Made by a program: the position numbers and the translations under genes | Notes under the pieces: model-generated | Told to the model about the DNA's origin: nothing | The model's input: the letters and a program-made list of their open reading frames with translations, nothing else | Databases searched by the model: none | Shown here: piece by piece, positions 40,042 through 52,121 of the stretch | Position numbering within the stretch: the first letter of the stretch is position 1 | Layout: each line of letters opens with the position of its first letter | DNA from: Alphaproteobacteria bacterium | Lineage (GTDB): Bacteria > Pseudomonadota > Alphaproteobacteria > JAXMDU01 | DNA length: 64,000 bases | Direction of reading: 5' to 3' | Assembly (NCBI GenBank): GCA_046348645.1 | Contig: JAXMDU010000006.1 | Location: 26,340 to 90,339 of the forward strand

Positions 40042-41216
40042 GGCTCGTTGTCCAAAGCGGTATCGCCGTTCTTTTCGTCCTCGGCCGGTTCATCTGGCGC
40101 GGCGGCCTGCAGGACCCGGTCGGCATAGGCATCAAGCCGCCCTTCGCCGATGGCCGCGCGCAGGTCCGACATCAGGTCCTGATAATAGCGCAGATTGTGC
40201 TCGGTCAGGAGCATGGCGCCCAGGATCTCTTTCGACCGCACCAGGTGTGCGACATAGGCGCGGCTGTAGCCACGGCAGGCCGTGCAGCCGCAGGCCGAAT
40301 CAAGCGGCCCTGGGTCATCGGCATGGCGGGCGTTGCGAAGGTTGAGCGTCCCTTGGCGGGTGAAGGCCTGGCCGGTGCGGCCCGAGCGGGTCGGCAGCAC
40401 GCAGTCGAACATGTCGATGCCGCGCTGCACCGCCCCCACGAGATCGGACGGCTTGCCGACCCCCATCAGGTAGCGTGGCCGGTCGGCGGGCAGGTGGTGG
40501 GTGGTCGCATCCAGGACGCGGAACATCGTGGCCTGGCCTTCGCCCACCGCAAGCCCGCCGATTGCATAGCCATCGAAGCCGATCCGTTGCAGGGCCTCGG
40601 CCGATTCGGCCCGCAGGTCGGGATAGACGCCGCCTTGCACGATGCCGAACAGGCCATAGCCTGGCCGCCCGGCAAACGCCGTCTTGCAGCGTTCCGCCCA
40701 GCGCATGGATCGCTGCATGGATTCCGCCGCCTGCGACCGGCTGGCCGGGAACGGCGTGCATTCGTCCAGCACCATGGTGATGGTGGAATCGAGCAGGTGC
40801 TGGATCTCGACGGCCCGTTCCGGGGTCAGCAGATGGGTGGTGCCGTCAAGATGCGATTTGAAACGGACGCCGTTCTCGTCGATCGTGCGCAGATCGGATA
40901 GCGACATGACCTGATAGCCGCCCGAATCGGTGAGGATCGTCTGCGGCCAGTTCATGAATTGATGCAGGCCGCCCAGCGCGGCAATGCGTTCCGGCCCCGG
41001 CCGCAGCATCAGGTGATAGGTGTTGCAGAGCACGACCTGGGCCCCGGTGGCGGCCACCGATTCGGCCGTCATGGCCTTGACGGTGGCGGCGGTCCCGACC
41101 GGCATGAAGGCGGGCGTATCGACAATGCCATGGGCCGTGGTCAGGCGGCCGCGGCGGGCCATGCCCGACCGTGCCGTGACGGTGAAATGGAAAGGGGAAG
41201 CCGGTCCGTTCGTCAT
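40038..41216 (-). CDS. tgt: Queuine tRNA-ribosyltransferase
   Basis: 392 aa. ...TPAFMPVGT...[12 protein letters not shown]...zinc site [17 protein letters not shown]. Confidence 0.9.
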   Translation of the reverse strand: MTNGPASPFHFTVTARSGMARRGRLTTAHGIVDTPAFMPVGTAATVKAMTAESVAATGAQVVLCNTYHLMLRPGPERIAALGGLHQFMNWPQTILTDSGGYQVMSLSDLRTIDENGVRFKSHLDGTTHLLTPERAVEIQHLLDSTITMVLDECTPFPASRSQAAESMQRSMRWAERCKTAFAGRPGYGLFGIVQGGVYPDLRAESAEALQRIGFDGYAIGGLAVGEGQATMFRVLDATTHHLPADRPRYLMGVGKPSDLVGAVQRGIDMFDCVLPTRSGRTGQAFTRQGTLNLRNARHADDPGPLDSACGCTACRGYSRAYVAHLVRSKEILGAMLLTEHNLRYYQDLMSDLRAAIGEGRLDAYADRVLQAAAPDEPAEDEKNGDTALDNEP

Positions 41217-42275
41217 GCAGCCTCGCGTTGAAACAGGCAGGCATCGCCATAAGAATAGAACCGATAGCGGTCGGCGATGGCATGGGCATAGGCTGCCTTG
41301 GCGCGGGCCATGCCGGCAAAGGCAGAGACCAGCATGAACAGGGTCGAACGCGGCAGATGGAAATTGGTGAGCAAAAGATCGCAGATCCGAAAGCGGTAGC
41401 CCGGCAGAATGAAGATCGACGTCTCGCCGGCAAAGGGCAAAAGCGCGCCGTCTTCGCCGGCGGCGCTTTCCAGCAGGCGCAGCACCGTCGTGCCGACCGC
41501 AAGCACGCGCCCGCCTTGGGCCCGGCGCGCGTCGATTGTCTCGGCCGCCTGGGGCGTGATGATGCCATGTTCCGGGTGCATGCGGTGCTGACGCACGTCA
41601 TCGGTCTTGACCGGCAGGAACGTGCCGGCGCCGACATGAAGCGTGACGCCCACCATGGCACAGCCGCGCGCCTCGACCGCCCTGCGCAGGGCGGGCGTGA
41701 AGTGGAGCCCGGCCGTCGGCGCCGCCACCGCGCCCGGCACCCGCGCGAACAGGGTCTGATAATCGGCGCGGTCGCGCGCATCGGCGCCATCGGGGCGGTG
41801 GATATAGGGGCAGCGGCAGGGTGCCGGTTCGTTCGATCGCCTGGGCAAGCGCGGCGCCAGCCTGGTTGAAGTGCAGCTCGAATTCGCCCTCGCCAAGGCT
41901 TTCCGCCACGACGGCGGTCAGATCGTCGCCAAAGACCACGGTCTGGCCCGGTTTCAGACGCTTTGCCGGCCGCGCCAGGGCGCGCCAGCGATCGGCCGCC
42001 ACCTGTCGGTGCAGGGTCGCCTCGATCCGGGCGGCGCCGCGCCGGCCCGTCAGCCTGGCCGCGATCACCCGCGTATCGTTGAAGACCACCACGTCGCGTG
42101 GATCAAGCAGGGACGGCAGGTCGGCAACGAATCGATCCTTGAGGCCAGACTCCTTGAGGCCGGACTCCTTGAGGATGGGCCGGGCATCCAGCAGGCGCGC
42201 GGCATCGCGCGGCACGGCAGGGCGGTCCGCGATCAGATCGCGCGGCAGATCGAAATCGAAATCATCAAGGCGCAT
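41213..42275 (-). CDS. queA: S-adenosylmethionine:tRNA ribosyltransferase-isomerase, with a 1-bp frameshift near 41815
   Basis: N-terminus [19 protein letters not shown]... is in ORF 41598..42275. C-terminus [22 protein letters not shown]... is in ORF 41213..41896. Adding one C to ctgcccctatatcc restores [14 protein letters not shown]. Confidence 0.85.
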
Positions 42276-42374
42276 ATGCTAACACGTCAGTTGTCCCCGG
42301 CGGGTGGCCCGAGCCGGGTTCGTATAGACCGCGCCCGCCGCGAAGAGAAGCGCCGCGCGGCAAAAGGAACAGGG

Positions 42375-42863
42375 ATGAGCGAACCATCGAAACCGACCGT
42401 TGACACCGCCAGTCAGGCCCAAAATCACGTCCAGCCGCAGGCCAAGGATGTGGCCGACCTGTTCCGGTCGCGCTTCGACCGCCGCTTCATCAAGGCGATG
42501 GGCATCCGGCTCGACCGCTGGCTGCCGGGCCTGTGCGAAATTTCTCTCGAACCCGACGAGCGGCACCTGAACAATGTCGGGCTTATACATGGCGGCGTGC
42601 TGGTCTCGCTGATCGATACCGCCTGCTCGCTGGCCGCAACCTATGCTCCGTCGCTCGAAGAGCGCCATGGCTGCGTGTCGATCGGGCTGACCACGCAGTT
42701 TCTCGCCGCGCCGAAAGGCGGCATCTTGCGGGCGGTCGGACGGCGCCAGGGCGGTGGCCGCAAGCTGTGCGTCTGTCACGCCGAAATCCTGGACGGGGAT
42801 GGCACCCTGGTCGCCTATGGCGACGTGACCTGCAAGATCCTGGCCCCGCGCGCCGCGAAATAG
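42375..42863 (+). CDS. PaaI-family hotdog-fold thioesterase
   Basis: Start at ATG 42375 (MSEPSKP) with an AAAAGGAACAGGG upstream region. ...NNVGLIHGGVLVSLIDTACS... is the PaaI/4HBT motif. The track ORF 41871..42863 is over-extended. Confidence 0.75.
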   Translation: MSEPSKPTVDTASQAQNHVQPQAKDVADLFRSRFDRRFIKAMGIRLDRWLPGLCEISLEPDERHLNNVGLIHGGVLVSLIDTACSLAATYAPSLEERHGCVSIGLTTQFLAAPKGGILRAVGRRQGGGRKLCVCHAEILDGDGTLVAYGDVTCKILAPRAAK

Positions 42864-42878
42864 GGGTACTGCCCCGCG

Positions 42879-44054
42879 TCAGCGGGACAGTTCGGTCATC
42901 GCCTCTTCCAGGCCCTGGATGGTGAGCGGGAACATGCGGCCTTCCATGATGTCCCGGGCAACGCGGATCGATGGCGTCCGTTCCCAGCGCACGACGGGCT
43001 CGGGGTTCAGCCAGACGGCTTTTTCGAAGCGATTCAGGATGCGGCGCGCCCAGATGGCGCCGGCTTCCTCGTTCCAGTGCTCGACGCTGCCGCCCGGATG
43101 GGTGATCTCGTAGGGGCTCATGGTTGCGTCGCCGACGAAGATCACCCGATAGTCGGGACCATAGGTGTTGAGCACATCGGTCAGCGGCGTCTTCAGGGTG
43201 TGGCGGCGGGAGTTGTCCTTCCAGACGCTCTCGTAGACGAAGTTGTGGAAGTAGAAATATTCAAGGTGCTTGAACTCGGTGCGCACCGCCGAGAACAGCT
43301 CCTCGCACACCCGGACATGATCGTCCATCGAGCCGCCGACATCGAAGAAGATCAAGACTTTGACGGCATTGCGGCGTTCCGGCACCAGCTTGAGGTCAAG
43401 ATAGCCGGCATTCTTGGCGGTCGAGCGGATGGTGTCCGGCAGGTCCAGCTGGTCCGGGGCGCCCTGGCGCGCGAACTTGCGCAGACGCCTAAGCGCGATC
43501 TTGATGTTGCGAACGCCAAGCTCGATGGTGTCGTCGTAGTTCTTGAACTCGCGCTTTTCCCAGACCTTGACGGCGCGCCGGTTGCCGCCCTTGCCGCCGA
43601 TCCGGATGCCTTCCGGATTATAGCCCGCGTTGCCGAACGGCGATGTGCCGCCGGTCCCAATCCACTTCTTGCCGCCGTGATGGGCGCCCTGCTGCTCCTT
43701 CAGCCGCTCGCGGAGCGTTTCCATCAGCTTGTCCCAGCCGCCCAGTGCCTCGATCTGGGCCTTTTCCTCGTCGCTGAGCAGCTTTTCCGCCATCTGACGA
43801 AGCCACTCCTCGGGCAGGTCGATGTCGATTTCGTCATCCTCGCGGATGATGCCCTTGAAGTACTCGCCGAACGTGCGGTCGAAGCGGTCGTAGTTCTTCT
43901 CATCTTTGACCAGGCAGGTGCGGGCCAGATAGTAGAAGGCTTCCACATCCGCATAGACGATCCGCTTGTCCAGCCCTTCGAGCAGCACAAGATACTCGCG
44001 CAGGGTGACAGGCACCTTGTTCTCGCGCAGCTTGAAGAAGAAATCGACGAACAT
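42879..44054 (-). CDS. VWA domain protein, CoxE family (pair 2)
   Basis: 391 aa. ...VLIFFDVGGSMDDH...VIFVGDATMSP...VWLNPEP. Confidence 0.75.
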   Translation of the reverse strand: MFVDFFFKLRENKVPVTLREYLVLLEGLDKRIVYADVEAFYYLARTCLVKDEKNYDRFDRTFGEYFKGIIREDDEIDIDLPEEWLRQMAEKLLSDEEKAQIEALGGWDKLMETLRERLKEQQGAHHGGKKWIGTGGTSPFGNAGYNPEGIRIGGKGGNRRAVKVWEKREFKNYDDTIELGVRNIKIALRRLRKFARQGAPDQLDLPDTIRSTAKNAGYLDLKLVPERRNAVKVLIFFDVGGSMDDHVRVCEELFSAVRTEFKHLEYFYFHNFVYESVWKDNSRRHTLKTPLTDVLNTYGPDYRVIFVGDATMSPYEITHPGGSVEHWNEEAGAIWARRILNRFEKAVWLNPEPVVRWERTPSIRVARDIMEGRMFPLTIQGLEEAMTELSR

Positions 44055-44111
44055 GGCGTGGGTCTTGCCTCGTGTGGGGTCCGTTGCCCGTGGCGTTACT
44101 TGCCCGTGGGG

Positions 44112-44957
44112 TCAGTTACCTTGGCGGCGCGACATGAACACCAGACGCTCGAACAGATGCACGTCCTGCTCGTTCTTGAGCAGCGCGCCATAAAGCGGCG
44201 GAATCGACTTGGTCGAATCCTTCGAGCGCAGGGCGTCGGCCGGGATATCCTCGGCCATCAGCAGCTTGAGCCAGTCGAGAAGCTCGGCTGTCGAGGGCTT
44301 CTTCTTGACGCCGGGCGTATCGCGGATCTCGAAGAACACCTTGAGCGCTTCACGAATCAGCTCGGGTTTCAGCTTGGGATAATGGACATCGATGATCCGC
44401 TTCATGGTCTCGGCATCGGGGAAGCGGATGAAATGGAAGAAGCAGCGGCGCAGGAATGCGTCCGGCAGTTCTTTCTCGTTGTTCGAGGTGATGATGACGA
44501 CGGGGCGGTTCTTCGCCTTGATCAGCGTTCGGGTTTCGTAGATGTAGAACTCCATCCGGTCGAGTTCCTGAAGCAGGTCGTTCGGAAACTCGATGTCGGC
44601 CTTGTCGATCTCGTCGATCAGCAGCACGACGGGCTCCGGCGCCTCAAACGCCTCCCACAGCTTGCCCCGCAGGATATAGTTCCTGATGTCCTTGACGCGT
44701 TCATCGCCGAACTGCGAATCGCGCAGGCGGGAAACGGCGTCATATTCATAAAGGCCATGAACCGCCTTGGTGGTCGACTTGATGTGCCATTCAAGCAGCG
44801 GGCGCTTGAGCGAGCGCGCCACCTCGGCCGCCAGCATCGTCTTGCCGGTTCCGGGCTCGCCCTTGATCAGCAGGGGCCGTTCCAGGGTGACGGCGGCATT
44901 GACCGCCATCATCAGGTCTTCGGTGGCGACGTAAGTGTCGGTGCCGGTGAATTTCAT
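44112..44957 (-). CDS. MoxR-like AAA+ ATPase, CoxD family (pair 2)
   Basis: Start at MKFTGTDTYVAT (ATG 44955-44957). Walker A LLIKGEPGTGKTMLA. Walker B LLIDEIDK. ...ITSNNEKELPDAFLRRCFFHFIRFP. Confidence 0.85.
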   Translation of the reverse strand: MKFTGTDTYVATEDLMMAVNAAVTLERPLLIKGEPGTGKTMLAAEVARSLKRPLLEWHIKSTTKAVHGLYEYDAVSRLRDSQFGDERVKDIRNYILRGKLWEAFEAPEPVVLLIDEIDKADIEFPNDLLQELDRMEFYIYETRTLIKAKNRPVVIITSNNEKELPDAFLRRCFFHFIRFPDAETMKRIIDVHYPKLKPELIREALKVFFEIRDTPGVKKKPSTAELLDWLKLLMAEDIPADALRSKDSTKSIPPLYGALLKNEQDVHLFERLVFMSRRQGN

Positions 44958-45141
44958 GCAGAATGGCTTTCCTCGGATGGGCCAGCCGAAGCCGGCCGCG
45001 GTCATTGTCGGATCGAACGAGCCTAGACGGCCCCTGCCATGGGATCAAGGCCGCCCGGACAAGACAACAGGGCGGCCGCCCCCGGCGCGCAATGGCCGGG
45101 GGCAGCCGCCGGTCGGCTAGATCCGGAGCGACGGCTGGTCC

Positions 45142-46152
45142 CTATTTGCCAAGGATCTGGCGGACCCGCGCGACGATCGCCGGGCCGTCGACGCCTATCG
45201 TCTTGGCCCGATCGTACCAGCCGGCATAGATCGCCTGCACGTTCTGGTCGGTGAAGGCCTTCGCCTGCTCCTCGGGCGGCACGTCGACCAGAACCATGCC
45301 CTTGGAGAGCAGAATCTGCTTCTTTTTCTCGCTGTTGGCGTCGTAGGTGGCGAAGCGGTCTTCCTGAAAGGCCTTCATCCCGGTACGGATCTGCGTCTTG
45401 ACGTCGTTCGGCAGCTTTTCCCAAACGGCGGTATTCATCACCACCGTCCAGCCGAGATTGACGCTGAACTCCCAGTTTTCCATGTATTTCGCGGCATCCT
45501 GCATGCCAAGGCTGACGGCGCTGCCATACTCGGTCGAAAGCGCGTCGATCACGCCGCGTTGCAGGGCGCCGGCCATTTCGCCGGGTGCGATCTGGGTCGG
45601 CTGGGCGCCGATGGCGGTCAGCATCTGGGCGGCTTCGGCGTTGTGGCTGCGGACCTTGAGACCCTTGAAATCCGACAGCTTGGTGATCGGCTTGTTCGAG
45701 AAATGGGGCGCCTCGTACCAGATCCCGTGCGCCAGCGCGGTGCCATTGTAGCGCTTGGCCCAGGCTTCGGTGATGACATCGGCCATATAGGCGTCGAGCA
45801 CTTTCTTATATTCGGCCGCATTGCGAATAAGGCCGGGCAGATGGCCGATGGTGAAGCGCGGCTCTTCGCCGCTGAGAAACGGATGGACGCCGCCGATCAT
45901 GTCGATCCGCCCGTCGCGAATGGCATTGCCAAGCTGGGTCGCCGGGATCAGGGAATCGAAGATCTCGACCTTGACGCGGCCGTTGGTTGCCTTGGCCATG
46001 ACATCGGGAACGCCGGTCATGGCCTCGCCATATCCGGATTGTCCGACGCCGCCCAGGATGGCCATCCGCAACGAAATCTGCTGGGCGGATGCGGGGACCG
46101 CCAGATGCAAAACGCCAACAACCATGGCGACGATGATCGCAATGCGGGTCAT
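45142..46152 (-). CDS. TRAP transporter solute-binding protein (DctP family)
   Basis: 336 aa with signal peptide (IAIIVAMVVGVLHLAVPASAQQ). Divergent from the TRAP permease gene. Confidence 0.75.
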   Translation of the reverse strand: MTRIAIIVAMVVGVLHLAVPASAQQISLRMAILGGVGQSGYGEAMTGVPDVMAKATNGRVKVEIFDSLIPATQLGNAIRDGRIDMIGGVHPFLSGEEPRFTIGHLPGLIRNAAEYKKVLDAYMADVITEAWAKRYNGTALAHGIWYEAPHFSNKPITKLSDFKGLKVRSHNAEAAQMLTAIGAQPTQIAPGEMAGALQRGVIDALSTEYGSAVSLGMQDAAKYMENWEFSVNLGWTVVMNTAVWEKLPNDVKTQIRTGMKAFQEDRFATYDANSEKKKQILLSKGMVLVDVPPEEQAKAFTDQNVQAIYAGWYDRAKTIGVDGPAIVARVRQILGK

Positions 46153-46337
46153 GATTCCTGCTCCTTGTTCATGGATGCGTTTCCCTGCGTGATACCGGGT
46201 GATAAGCCGGGCCGGCCAGCAGGTGCGAAATGCGGGGGCTTGGATACGGCATTAACCATGCCCTAGGATGATAGCTTGAAAGCCGCGGGCAATGTCAAAC
46301 CGATGCGGCGTCGGGGATTCGGAGGGGGGACGACCGC

Positions 46338-48389
46338 ATGGCCAGTACCGAAAAGGCTCTCCGGGCCGATGCCCTGATGGATGATGCCAGCGCGCTCGAC
46401 CGGCTGTTTGCCTGGGTGCCCACGCTTTCGGGCTTTCTGGCCGGCGTCGGCGTGCTTGCCATCTTCACGATGATCTCGTTCGAGGTGATCGCGCGCTATT
46501 TCTTCAATTCGCCCACCAGCTGGGTGGTCGAGGTCTCGACCTACACGATGATTGGCGTCGCCTATCTTGGCGCGGCCTATGCCCACGCGGCCGGCGCCAA
46601 CATCCGGGTCGAACTGGTGCTTGCGCGCCTTGGTCCGGTGGCCAGGCAACGGGCGGAGGAAGTCGCGGCGTGGTGTGGTCTGGCCTTCGTGCTGGTTGGC
46701 GCGTGGCAGGTGGCCCTGTTCACCCACTCGAATTACATCAACAAGACCCGCTCCTACATCATGGGTGTTCCGCAATGGATTCCCAACCTGCCGATTGTCG
46801 TCGGCCTGGTGATTCTGGCCTGGGCGGTGCTGGCCGAGCTGCGGGCCTTGCGCGGGACCGTCGGCGCGGTGCGTGACTGGATCGCACCGCTTGCCATCCT
46901 GGCCGCCGTCGTCGGGCTTTTTTCGCTGGGCTCGCGGTTTGCGCCGGTGGGCGGGATCTTCATGGATTGGGGCACGGCCATCGTTCTCGCGGCCGTATTC
47001 GTGGCGGCACTGGCCTGGAGCGGCCTGCACGTCTTTTTGATGACGGCTCTGGTTTTTTGCAGCCTGGGTCTTGCCCTATACGGCGCCCGCGACCTGGCGC
47101 TGCCCATGGTCATCGGGCTGATCTTCATCCTTGTCATCGCCATCTTCTTGATCGGTGTGCGGATCGCGTTTGGACTTGGCCTGATCGGGCTTGTGCCTCT
47201 TTATGCGCTCCTGCCGTTTCCGCTTCCTGCCACCGTGGCCGAGCGCGCGTTCAGCAGCATCGATTCGTTCTCTCTGACCGCCTTGCCGATGTTCGTCCTG
47301 ATGGGCGCATTGCTGGTGCGGAGCGGCATTGCCGCCGACATGTTCGAAGCACTCAACAAATGGCTTGGCCGTTTTCCCGGTGGCATCGCCCATGCCAGCA
47401 TCGGCGCATGCACGATGTTTGCCGCGGTTTCGGGATCAAGCATCGCGACCGCGGCGACCATCGGCACGGTTGCCTGCCCCGAGATGATCCGGCATGGCTA
47501 CGCCCCGCGCCTGGCCTATGGCTCGGTCGCGGCCGGCGGCACGCTTGGTATCCTCATTCCGCCCAGCGTCCCCTTCATCATCTATGGAACACTGGTCGGC
47601 GCATCGGTCTCGAAACTGTTCATTGCCGGCATCCTGCCGGGACTGATGCTGGCCGCTTTCATGATGGCGGCAATCTTTCTCTGGGCCATGGTCCGGCCAG
47701 CGGCGGCCCCGCGCGCCGGGCGTTACTCGCTCGGTGAAAAGGTGAAATCGCTTCGCGGCGTGCTGCCATTCCTGGTCGTCATGGTGCTGGTCCTGGGGTC
47801 GCTCTATTTCGGCATCGTGACGCCGACCGAGGCGGGAACGGTTGGGGCGTTTTTTGCATTGGTCTTGTGTCTGGGCCGCTATCGGTTGCCGGCCATCGTG
47901 ATCTGGCAGTGTGTTCTTGAGACGGTGACGGTCACCGCGTTCATTCTCATGATCGTGTTCGGCGCAAGCCTCATGACCTATGTTTTCGACTATCTGAAGC
48001 TGGCCAAGGAGCTGGTCTCCAGCGTCCAGACCATCGAGATCTCGCGAACGACCACCTTCCTGCTGGTTGCGCTGGTCTATATCGTCCTTGGGATGTTTCT
48101 CGATTCCATCTCTCTCATCACGATGACCGTGCCGGTGGCCTTTCCGCTGATGATGGCGCTGGGGTTCGATCCGATCTGGTTCGGCGTGTGCCTGGTGATC
48201 CTGGTGGAGCTCGGTCTTATCACGCCGCCGGTCGGCTTGAATCTGTTCGTGTTGCAGGGGATCGGCAATGTGCCGCTGAAAGAGGTGGTATACGGAACCT
48301 TGCCATTCTTCGTCGTCATGACGATCAGCCTGGCGCTGCTTTACCTGTTTCCGGGCATCGCCATCTGGCTGCCACAGCACATGAACTGA
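46338..48389 (+). CDS. TRAP transporter fused permease (DctQ small plus DctM large subunit)
   Basis: 683 aa. N-terminal 4-TM DctQ-like part (residues ~25-180) followed by a 12-TM DctM part (...GACTMFAAVSGSSIATAATIG...). Confidence 0.8.
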   Translation: MASTEKALRADALMDDASALDRLFAWVPTLSGFLAGVGVLAIFTMISFEVIARYFFNSPTSWVVEVSTYTMIGVAYLGAAYAHAAGANIRVELVLARLGPVARQRAEEVAAWCGLAFVLVGAWQVALFTHSNYINKTRSYIMGVPQWIPNLPIVVGLVILAWAVLAELRALRGTVGAVRDWIAPLAILAAVVGLFSLGSRFAPVGGIFMDWGTAIVLAAVFVAALAWSGLHVFLMTALVFCSLGLALYGARDLALPMVIGLIFILVIAIFLIGVRIAFGLGLIGLVPLYALLPFPLPATVAERAFSSIDSFSLTALPMFVLMGALLVRSGIAADMFEALNKWLGRFPGGIAHASIGACTMFAAVSGSSIATAATIGTVACPEMIRHGYAPRLAYGSVAAGGTLGILIPPSVPFIIYGTLVGASVSKLFIAGILPGLMLAAFMMAAIFLWAMVRPAAAPRAGRYSLGEKVKSLRGVLPFLVVMVLVLGSLYFGIVTPTEAGTVGAFFALVLCLGRYRLPAIVIWQCVLETVTVTAFILMIVFGASLMTYVFDYLKLAKELVSSVQTIEISRTTTFLLVALVYIVLGMFLDSISLITMTVPVAFPLMMALGFDPIWFGVCLVILVELGLITPPVGLNLFVLQGIGNVPLKEVVYGTLPFFVVMTISLALLYLFPGIAIWLPQHMN

Positions 48390-48519
48390 CGGGTTCATCC
48401 GGCGTGAAATCGGGGTAGGCAGGGCGAAAGATCCCGCCCTGCCGGACGTGCATTGACGATCGGTCAGGCTTTTGATCGTATGATCGCCTTTGGGCGGCGG
48501 GATGCAGCGGGGGGCGGAC

Positions 48520-48813
48520 ATGGCAAAGGGTGCAGGCGGGCAGAAGCCGAAAAAGCAGTTGTTGCACCTCGTCTTCGGGGGCGAGTTGAGGACGGTCGGC
48601 AGCACCGAATTCACGGACCCCAAGGCCCTGCATGTCGTCGGCATCTATCCAAGCTTCGCCGAGGCCGAAAAGGCCTGGCGCGGCGCGGCGCAGGCCACCG
48701 TCGACAATGCCCGGGTGCGCTATTTCGTCGTTCATCTCCATCGCCTGATGGATCCGGAAACGGGCCAGGACGTGCACAGCCACGATGGCGACGGCGAAGG
48801 CGATCCCGATTAG
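48520..48813 (+). CDS. DUF4170 domain protein
   Basis: MAKGAGGQKPKKQLLHLVFGGELRTVGSTEFTDPKALHVVGIYPSFAEAEKAWRGAAQATVDNARVRYFVVHLHRL is typical of the alphaproteobacterial DUF4170 family. Confidence 0.6.
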   Translation: MAKGAGGQKPKKQLLHLVFGGELRTVGSTEFTDPKALHVVGIYPSFAEAEKAWRGAAQATVDNARVRYFVVHLHRLMDPETGQDVHSHDGDGEGDPD

Positions 48814-48834
48814 GGGCCTTGCCAACAGCGCAAT

Positions 48835-48856
48835 GGCCGGCATTTGCCGGGATTTT
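48835..48856 (+). terminator. Short hairpin plus T-run after the DUF4170 gene
   Basis: gGCCGGcatttGCCGGgatttt. Confidence 0.35.
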
Positions 48857-48939
48857 GAGGCAAATCGGCGACGATAGATTTTGACTCGCGGGCGGCCGCG
48901 GACCATCCTTCCCAACACCGTGATGGGAGATGGCCACCG

Positions 48940-49356
48940 ATGCTTGTGACGCCCCGATTGACGGTCGCAGAAGTCCTTCGAACTGATCCGACCATGGCGC
49001 TTGCCCTCGGCATTACCGAGAGCCAGACGAAAAATCAGTCACCCAAGGTTGCACCCGCCGCGGCGCCCGACCGGGACCTTGGGCGCGGCACCCGGCGGCA
49101 GTCCGACGAAGTGGTGACCCGGGCCCCCGATGTGGAGCCAGAGCCGAGACCGGCGCCAGCGTCGGCGCCAGCGCCGGATGGGCCGCCTCGGATCGAACCG
49201 ATGCGTGCGCGGCCGCGCGATGAATCGCGCGATCTTTCCGATGCCGATCGCTATCGCCAGAGCCAGGCGGCGCGGGCCGTATCCGTCTACGAAGCGGTCC
49301 AGACCGCCGACCGGCGCCTGCCGGCGGGATCAGGCAGCATCGACGGCCACGTCTAG
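48940..49356 (+). CDS. Hypothetical Pro/Ala/Arg-rich low-complexity protein (may be spurious)
   Basis: 138-aa ORF in an otherwise gene-free 600 bp, with no recognisable domain. Confidence 0.2.
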   Translation: MLVTPRLTVAEVLRTDPTMALALGITESQTKNQSPKVAPAAAPDRDLGRGTRRQSDEVVTRAPDVEPEPRPAPASAPAPDGPPRIEPMRARPRDESRDLSDADRYRQSQAARAVSVYEAVQTADRRLPAGSGSIDGHV

Positions 49357-49407
49357 GGCCCAGGTACATTGGGCCCAGGCGCATTCGACCATGAAAGGCT
49401 TCAGCGG

Positions 49408-51048
<1,641 letters not shown>

Positions 51049-51094
51049 GGCCCTCGCTTTCGTCAGCCCCGATATCCGTCAGCCCCGATATCCG

Positions 51095-52121
51095 TCAGCC
51101 CCGGTGGCGAACCTGGATCATCTCGGCCAGGATCGACACCGCGATCTCGGCCGGGCTTACCGCGCCGATGTCAAGGCCGACCGGCCCGCGGATCCGCGCC
51201 AGCGCGGCCGCATCAAGCCCGCGCGCGGCCAGCCGCTCGAGCCGGGCCGCATGGGTCCGACGGCTTCCCAGGGCGCCGACGTAGAACGCCTTTGACCGCA
51301 GGGCCACATCGAGGGCCGGATCGTCCAGCTTGGGATCGTGGGTCAGGGTCACCACCGCCGTCCGAAGGTCCGGCGCCAGCGCCGCCATGGCGGCATCGGG
51401 CCAGTCGCTGACGATGGTGATGCCCGGCATGCGCTCGAGCGTGGCGAAGGCCTGGCGCGGATCGATGACCGTCACCGCATGGCCCAGCATGGCGGCCATC
51501 GGCGCCAGCGGCTGGGCGATATGCACCGCGCCAACGATGACAAGCCGGGGCGGCGGATTGAAGACCTGGATGAAGATTGTGCCCTGGTCCGTTTCGACGC
51601 TGCGGTTGACATCGGCGGCAAGTGCGTCCTGCGCCTCGCGGATCAGGGCGCTGCCCAGCATCGCGCCGACCTCGGCGCTTTCCAGCACCAGGGTCTGGCT
51701 GCCATCATTCAGGCGGGTGATCAGCGCCGCTGGCTCGTTCGCCGCGCGCGCCTCGAGAAGCAGATCGAGAAGGGCGCGCTTCATCCGTCGATCCGTTCGA
51801 CGAAAACTCGACGCGGCCGCCGCAGGCAAGCCCGACTTCCCAGGCCCGCTCGTTGGTGATCCCGTAATCGAGCAGGCGCGGCTTGCCGTCCGTCATCACC
51901 GCCTTGGCTTCGGTGATGACGGCACCCTCGATGCAGCCGCCGGAAACCGAACCGACAAAGGCACCGTCGCCGGCAATGGCCATCTGGCTGCCGGCCGGGC
52001 GCGGCGAGGACCCCCAGGTCGCGACCACCGTGGCCAGCGCGACCGGCAGCCCATTCCGGTGCCAGGCGGCCGCCTGTTCAAGGATCATCTCGGCCTTGTT
52101 TGCGTGCTCGGGGGCTGTCAT
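51095..52121 (-). CDS. XdhC/CoxI-family Mo-hydroxylase maturation factor, with a frameshift near 51800
   Basis: XdhC_CoxI N-domain (ILEQAAAWHRNGLPVALATVVATWGSSPRPAGSQMAIAGDGAFVGSVSGGCIEGAV...GGRVEF) is in ORF 51705..52121. Rossmann C-domain (PRLVIVGAVHIAQPLAPMAAMLGHAVTVIDPRQAF) is in ORF 51095..51829. Confidence 0.7.

Noticed and set aside
45058-45090. Hairpin GGCCGCCCggacaagacaacaGGGCGGCC downstream of dctP as a terminator
   Set aside because: It has a stem-loop but no U-tract on the minus strand, so it is too weak to call.
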